A stretch of DNA of 63,304 bases, the filler included, from Craspedostauros australis (taxonomy: Eukaryota): assembly GCA_030167865.1 (NCBI GenBank). It is 8 parts of 8 records of this genome, joined end to end, with 100 filler letters (N's around TTAATTAATTAA, not from the genome) between each part and the next. Parts side by side here need not be neighbours in the genome. Positions count along the whole stretch, not along the records: positions 56,975 to 57,994 come from JALAGF010000921.1; positions 58,095 to 61,397 come from JALAGF010000924.1; positions 61,498 to 63,304 come from JALAGF010000926.1; 5 more parts are not named here. The stretch is one strand, 5' to 3'. The notes below the pieces were generated by a model. That model searched no databases. It had not been told where the DNA came from and saw only the letters and a program-made list of their open reading frames with translations. The first letter of the stretch is position 1, and every line of letters starts with the position of its first letter. A program made the translations under genes and the position numbers. Of this stretch, positions 56,975 through 63,304 are shown piece after piece.

Positions 56975-57994
56975 CGATAATGAGAGGACTTCTTGCGGTC
57001 ACCGGATGTCTTGTCGAATGATCGCTTGCGGTCGGGACGACTGTCCTTCTGGTGCATGTGTCGGCTGCGTCCTGGGGACTTGTCGAGGTCGGCGTTGGCG
57101 AGGATCTTGTCATGGCGCATGAGCGTCTCGCGGACCCAGGAGAAGGACTCCTTGGTCTGCTGTAGGCTTGTGATCACGCTGGCAAATCGCTCGTCGCGGA
57201 TGCTGCGGAAAAACCTTGCGATCTTCTCCTGATCGTTCATTGGCTTGCCATTGTCCTCGATTGCATGGAGGGACATTGAGAAGTCGTTGACGAAAGTCCC
57301 AAAGGAACTGTCGCCAGAGTATATGAGCTTGGAGAGTCTTGCCTCCTCCTCTGCCACGATGCCGGCCTGATTCTTGGCAGACTCGTAGATGCGAATGAGA
57401 GATTGGAAGGCGGCGTGGCCACTGGGTTCCTCTGCTGTGACAATGTACTGCACGTCTCCCTTGCAGGTTTTGGAGCGGAGCACTGCGTAGAACTGAGCGT
57501 CCACTGATGCGCGGTAGTGCGATGTTTTCTCTTGCAGCATGTAGTCCGCGAATTTGGAGGTGACCAGCTGTCACATGAAGTCCGTCTTCCATTGGTACCA
57601 CTCAATGTTGAGACCGCTGAATGTCTCAGCCTCCGGCATGGTGATCTTATCGTATTTCCATCCGGTTGGCGTCGATGGTGATCGACTAAGTTCCTGCTGG
57701 CGCCGTGGCAAGTGCACCACAACCTCACGGCTTGCAGCCTCAGTGAGTTTGCGGCTTGCTGCCTTGATGTCTGCCTCCAATTGCAGTTGGATTGCTTTGA
57801 GCACGACAGGAGTCTTGATGGAGGGCACTGTGTACCCAGAGGACTTGATGAACTTGTTGATTGCGTCCCAGTCAGTAGCTTGATCAACCTGGCGCTCCTT
57901 GGCGAAGGCGAAGATGTGGAGGATGTTCTCAATGTTGATTGAGGTGAGTGTTGGCGAAAGAGACAGCACCTGGATGATGTTCTTCTCCGGACTC
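56975..57994 (-). mobile_element. Copia-type gag fragment with one in-frame TGA
   Basis: FSG...WYQWK, SGHAAFQSLIRIYE, EDNGKPMNDQEKIARFFRSI resemble Copia gag; ORFs 57571..57969 and 56923..57540 share a frame across TGA at 57571. Confidence 0.65.
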
Positions 57995-58539
57995 NNNNNN
58001 NNNNNNNNNNNNNNNNNNNNNNNNNNNNNNNNNNNNNNTTAATTAATTAANNNNNNNNNNNNNNNNNNNNNNNNNNNNNNNNNNNNNNNNNNNNAGAGCT
58101 GTTGGGCATGACCCTTTCTTCTATCATGCTAATCATGTCAAGGGCTGGGATCTTACAGCCAAGCAGTCTTTGCAGTTCAATGCAATCACTCTTGTGATTC
58201 AAACATAAGCTGCAATGAACCTCTTGACAGGCATCTATGATTGGTAGTCTCCAATCCCTTGTAGCTTGATAATTCTCACTTGGTCTTGGTTCGTACCCAG
58301 GGGTACGCGCTTCGCGTTGGCGGACAGTCGTGAGAAAACCAAGACCAAATATTTTTGGGGGGAAATTGTCAAATTGGACTAATCCGATTACAAGGAAACT
58401 CCGAAGAGTGTCCTGCTGTCGGACGTCCAGGGCCTCATGTTGTAACTCAAATCGAACGCACACGCAGACACACAAATAGCAGACGTGAGTGCCCACACTT
58501 CACAAGCTAATCCAGCACCAGCTCATCTAAGGATTCACC

Positions 58540-59151
58540 ATGACGCGAACTTCCGACTGTTACCCATTCGACAACCAATCGCTGCAGCAGCAAGACCAGC
58601 AGCAGCAACAACAGAAACAGGAAATACAGGCACAGCATCCATTCTGTGAGGGAATCTCGTGCTCGTGCTGTTACATTAGAACCGGAGCCGATCCATCGAC
58701 ACCCATCGCGGTGGTTATGGAGGAGGCGTCGGCCTTCCCTTCCAAGACTGCGCAGCACTTCCTGTCAAACACACAGAGTACCAGCGCAACGATCGAAACG
58801 GCAACAACAGCTCTGGACGATATGGGATGCGATTGGGCGATGACAGATGACGAGGAGTCGCATGGCGATGCGCACATCATCGAATTCGAATACTGCCCTC
58901 GCGATGACCATGACGACAGCAACGATAGCAACAGCAATGAGCAAGGAGACAGAACTCGCCGCCCGAGCATGTACGACTTTTACTTCGGCGCAGCCTCGGA
59001 CCGCATTCCCATCGATGGCGTCGACGACGACTTCTCCATCACTTCGAGAGAGGCCGACGATGACGAGAAGGACACGGAGATGGTGGATGTGCGATTGGAC
59101 ATCCAGTCCGACCCGGCATCCTTCTGGGATGACTGTGCAGTCCAGACTTGA
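58540..59151 (+). CDS. Hypothetical acidic low-complexity protein, 203 aa
   Basis: ATG ORF with poly-Q, HPFCEGISCSCC segment and acidic tail; gene-like flanks. Confidence 0.55.
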   Translation: MTRTSDCYPFDNQSLQQQDQQQQQQKQEIQAQHPFCEGISCSCCYIRTGADPSTPIAVVMEEASAFPSKTAQHFLSNTQSTSATIETATTALDDMGCDWAMTDDEESHGDAHIIEFEYCPRDDHDDSNDSNSNEQGDRTRRPSMYDFYFGAASDRIPIDGVDDDFSITSREADDDEKDTEMVDVRLDIQSDPASFWDDCAVQT

Positions 59152-61497
59152 TGCCCTTGCTTGACAGCAATGCGAAAGCATCAACTGTCGTTCTTTGCAT
59201 TGGAGACATGGAAAGCAAAACGGCTACAGTAGTCTAGTGGAATACCTGGAAATGAGTGAAATTGAAATGAGCTGAATTGGCATCGCACAAACAGCGCACA
59301 AGCACGGTGCGAACAACGACTACGAATGGAACGCAGTCGATGTCAATACACAATAGAATACAATAGTATAGGAGTACGAGCACCCGTAATGAAAGAGCAT
59401 AGTCGTTGATTGCCGTCTTCCATCAACGTGCAGCCATCACGACGATGACCAAGTTACATCCCGGCATCTTGATAGACCAAAGCTTCTCGGTTGGGATCGT
59501 GAGAGTGGTCACATGTGTCATGATGTCGGAACGTGCAGTCGTTGGACTTGGGCCGCACCTCTGGCCATGGTCCACGATTAACCCTGCAAGAGCACCAATC
59601 GCAATACTGTTCGCCAGGACCGGATGCGCCAACTGCTCATCTTTCACCAACGGACGTGATTGCGCTCTCCCAGCTCCCTTGTTGATGAGTTAGTTTTGCA
59701 GCGAAACATGAGTCCCACCATGGATACTCTACTCCACACTGTCTTCCAAAATAGGGCGCTCTCTCTCTCTCTCTCTCTCTAGAGTCTTCTGTCTTGGTCG
59801 ATCCTGTCTGTCCCATTTGTCTGCTCGCATTCATTTTGCATCATTTCGCTCTCAGCAGATGAGTCTCCGAACAAGTCGACAAAATCATTCATCCGTTGCG
59901 GACTTGCGAGACTATTTTTGTGACGTGACTTGGCGCACTGCTGAATTCCAACGCAACAAAGTTGAGAAAGGACAACATCAACCTTGATTGCAAGTGGCGA
60001 TCCCATCAGACTCAGACATGCGATCTACAAATGCAAGACCGCCATCAGATGGACGCTTTGGGGGAACTCTTTTGTTTGCCCCACTCTTTCTCTATTCTAG
60101 TAGCACACAGCTATTCCTCACTATGAACTACCTAGTTGGTAGGCTCCCTGTGTGATGAGCCAATCCAATCGTTGTTCGAATCTTGAGTCTGTTGAGTCGA
60201 TCAAGATTCGATTCAAAAGAGGCAAGAAAACTACTCGAAAGACTTCGGAAAATATGGTGCAGGTTTCAGACCCAGGACAAGATTAGAAAGATGATCCATG
60301 TTGGCAAGCTACGCTCACAGATGTTCCTGCGCTACAGACAATGGATGGTGGTGCTGATGGTGTTGCGATTTCAATTGCTATTTCATTACGATGTTGTCTG
60401 TGATGGCCCGACTATGAGTCGGTACGTGAGATGCTCTCTCGCTATTTCTCATGTCTCTCTCTCTCTCTCTCTCTTGTTTGCTCATGCTATTCTAGCACAA
60501 TCACTAGGCAATAGATCACCCTCTCTCATGTTGCTCTACTACATTGCATGCAGTCTTCGATGCCATGTCCAAATTCCATGTTGCACCTCTTTGATCTTGT
60601 TGATCCCTCGGTCATTGTATCTTCGCCTTCTTGTTCTGATGTGGAGCCAACTGTCCAGATGGTGATGACGCCTTCCATGACAATGACACAAACATCAGCA
60701 GCATTTGCACATAGAGTACAAGAACAATGGGTGAACAATGCACATACACACATGTACATCCCAACAACAGGCAAACACAGGATGCTATCTCTGGAGAGGG
60801 GACCGCACATGTTCTCTGGTTCCATCTTGTCACACTGTGACATGTCAGTGACATGCTTGTTGCGATTGTGCGCGGTTCTGTGATGTGTCAGTTGCCAGGA
60901 GTGGAAGGAGTCTGTCTGAATGGTATGTCAGGTCTAATGCCCAGAGTGGGGACACTTGGCGTTACATGTTGGAAATCCGGGGTTATAGATATAGTCTAAT
61001 GCTTATTAAACTGTACCGTTTTAGAACTGTGAGAACAACACACTTATTTCTCAGATCGTCAACTCGTTTGCCCATGATGCTGTTGGTGGCCTCCTGTAGT
61101 TGCCCCTCACAATCATCATTGCAATCTCTCTCTGTCATGCCCATTTCATTGCTCATGACAAGTGCATTTCACCATGCTTGTCTCCTGAGATATCGGTCTA
61201 CACTCCTGAGGTGCATGCATGCTGATGCTTGATTCATTCTCTTCTCATCAGACATCCATCACTCATTCAGTACACTCATCCGTGTTGTTCACTCACTCCT
61301 CTCACATGCTCATCGACAATCACACTTGGTCAGAACATGGAGTTCTGGCACGATCAGTCCAGTCCTTCGATGTTGTTCCAGTCCGCGCTTTGTTCTCNNN
61401 NNNNNNNNNNNNNNNNNNNNNNNNNNNNNNNNNNNNNNNNNTTAATTAATTAANNNNNNNNNNNNNNNNNNNNNNNNNNNNNNNNNNNNNNNNNNNN

Positions 61498-63304
61498 GTG
61501 GCGGGTTGCAAACCAAAGCAATTCATGACAGCGTTGCGCCTCCCCGCTGGTTCTCGGTTGCAGAAGCTGCACAACGTAGGCATCGCACTGAAGAACTTGC
61601 GCTCCTTCGGAATCTCAATTCCACAAGACGTCATTCCACATCAGATCGTCGATGGCCATCGTGAGATGGTGCTCAAGCTGATGTGGTCCATCATCGCGCA
61701 GTGTTGCATGGAGAAGCTGCTGAGGGAGGATTGCGTCGAGGAGGAGATTCGACGTGTGCATTCGTCAAATCGGGTCAGATTCAAGATCGAAGGTCGTTCG
61801 CTGCATCATCTGGCCGCGCAACAGGAGATGCTACGCAACTTCATACCTCTGGATGCATCACCTGAGGAGACCATGAAGCGTCTGCTTCTGCGGTGGTGCC
61901 AAGTCGTGTGCGCCTGCTACGGAATCGGGGTGACCGATTTCTCGCAATCCTTCGCTGATGGCACTGTGTTCTGTCTGCTCATTCACTACTACCACCCAAG
62001 CTCGCTGCGCCGCCATGAGATCAAACCAACAACCCGATCTCCAGCTTTCGAGGAAGGTGCCATCTCTCAAGACCTGGCGTNNTCCAACGAACGAGTCAAC
62101 TGCCGCCTGGCATCCTCTCGAGCGACGGACCTCGGCGGCATTCCATGCATGCTGCCTACCTCCGACACCAACAGCCCACCCAATGAACAGTCTATCCTAC
62201 TTTGTCTCTCCTACCTCTGTTCACGATTGATGGAATCCAGCCGCGAGGTTCTGTCTTGCATCTTGATCCAGAAGAGTTACCGCAAACATTTTCAGAAGAT
62301 CATGCTCGAGCGCAAGAAGGCAGCCGCATCCACTATCTTCCAGTACTGGCAGGCAAACAAGGGTCGATACCTGTGCAATCAACGGCTGAAATACCACCGG
62401 CAAGTCGCTATCATCGAAAACTTCGTGTGGACCCACCGCCGCTCTCTGGTTCAAATGAAGCACAGTCGGTTGATCAATGAATATCGCACCATGGCAGCGA
62501 TTCAGATCCAGCGAATGTTTAGAGGCATGCTGGGACGCTGGGAAGCTTCCGATGCACGAGAGGAGCGAGACGCTGCCGTCATCATTCAGTCCATTTGGCG
62601 AGGCAGGGTTGCTCGGCGCGTCGCTGATCAACGATTCATTCAAGTTGATTCCGCCACCGCCATCCAATCCGTCTGGCGAAGATACATAGCATGGGCCCGC
62701 TTTCAGTATTCAAGGCAGTGCATAATCCAAGCGCAGCGCATGGCCAGAGGGTCCTTGGCGAGGAAGAAGGTGATTCAACAACAGCAGGCGGCGACCATCA
62801 TCCAAGAAGCATGGTTGGCATATCTGAACAAGGTCCTAGACGACGAATCCGCCATCCTCATCCAGGCTGCATTCAGAAGATGGCGCCGACGAAAGCTGGA
62901 GAGGCTGGCGGTGTTGGAGTACGACGCTGCGACGCTGATCCAAGCAACCTTTCGCGGATGGCAGGACAATCTCTCCTTTCAAATGAAGATTGAATGCGCG
63001 AAAGCAATTCAAAGGATCTGGCGCGGACACCGTGCACAACAAGATTTCGAATTCATGCGGTGGACCAACGCAGCCATCAAGATCCAGGCTGCATGGCGCG
63101 GATTCTCAGGGCTAGTTGCGGCACATCTGAAGCGATTTGATGCCATCACCATCCAGAGCGCCGCACGTCAATATCTGGCCCGCAGAATTGCATCGGAACG
63201 GCGAGCTGCTGTAAGTACATTACAGTGTGCGTTCCGATCTGCTCTTGCCCGGAACCAGCTGAATCAACTCCACCACCAACAACTGACCAACCTCGCAGCA
63301 GTTC
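61498..63304 (+). CDS. ASPM: ASPM/abnormal spindle-like protein, partial at both ends (CH domains + IQ repeats)
   Basis: Frame from 61498 reads LRLPAGSRLQKLHNV, IVDGHREMVLKLMW, LLLRWCQ..., DFSQSFADG..FCLLIHYYHP, then many IQxxWRG motifs. It is missing from the ORF track, consistent with no stop before the window end. Confidence 0.88.
   Translation, partial: MAGCKPKQFMTALRLPAGSRLQKLHNVGIALKNLRSFGISIPQDVIPHQIVDGHREMVLKLMWSIIAQCCMEKLLREDCVEEEIRRVHSSNRVRFKIEGRSLHHLAAQQEMLRNFIPLDASPEETMKRLLLRWCQVVCACYGIGVTDFSQSFADGTVFCLLIHYYHPSSLRRHEIKPTTRSPAFEEGAISQDLAXSNERVNCRLASSRATDLGGIPCMLPTSDTNSPPNEQSILLCLSYLCSRLMESSREVLSCILIQKSYRKHFQKIMLERKKAAASTIFQYWQANKGRYLCNQRLKYHRQVAIIENFVWTHRRSLVQMKHSRLINEYRTMAAIQIQRMFRGMLGRWEASDAREERDAAVIIQSIWRGRVARRVADQRFIQVDSATAIQSVWRRYIAWARFQYSRQCIIQAQRMARGSLARKKVIQQQQAATIIQEAWLAYLNKVLDDESAILIQAAFRRWRRRKLERLAVLEYDAATLIQATFRGWQDNLSFQMKIECAKAIQRIWRGHRAQQDFEFMRWTNAAIKIQAAWRGFSGLVAAHLKRFDAITIQSAARQYLARRIASERRAAVSTLQCAFRSALARNQLNQLHHQQLTNLAAV

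Noticed and set aside
59758..59779. (CT)n and other simple repeats (13117-13145 TTTGG, 30140-30185 GATG/GATC, 43714-43753 TGY)
   Set aside because: Ordinary microsatellites.

Overview
Eukaryotic sequence, almost certainly from a diatom or other photosynthetic stramenopile. Evidence: GT-AG introns, a bipartite plastid-targeting presequence on a trigger factor, SLC4 bicarbonate transporters and Copia relics. The window is eight contigs joined by artificial 100-nt linkers (44N-TTAATTAATTAA-44N). Contigs 1-3 describe a tandem segmental duplication of a unit containing a Utp14 pseudogene and an ankyrin-repeat gene. The two ankyrin copies differ mostly at predicted binding-surface positions, and one carries a 5-bp-TSD insertion just downstream. 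Contig 2 also holds a single-ORF SMYD-type SET + JmjC fusion, two paralogous membrane-anchored histidine-phosphatase-like genes, a ~5.9-kb composite Tc1/mariner-like element with both inverted and direct repeats, and housekeeping genes (trigger factor, CBS, CRAL-TRIO, SNase, mitochondrial carrier, Get1-like). Contig 5 is an SLC4 cluster (two complete genes, one partial, a probable fourth inverted copy) plus a divergent NmrA-like gene, with promoters enriched in TGACGTCA palindromes. Contigs 4 and 6 are Copia relics; contig 4 shows apparent T>C/A>G-biased decay. Contig 8 is a partial ASPM-like gene. All family calls come from motif recognition by eye, without database searches.
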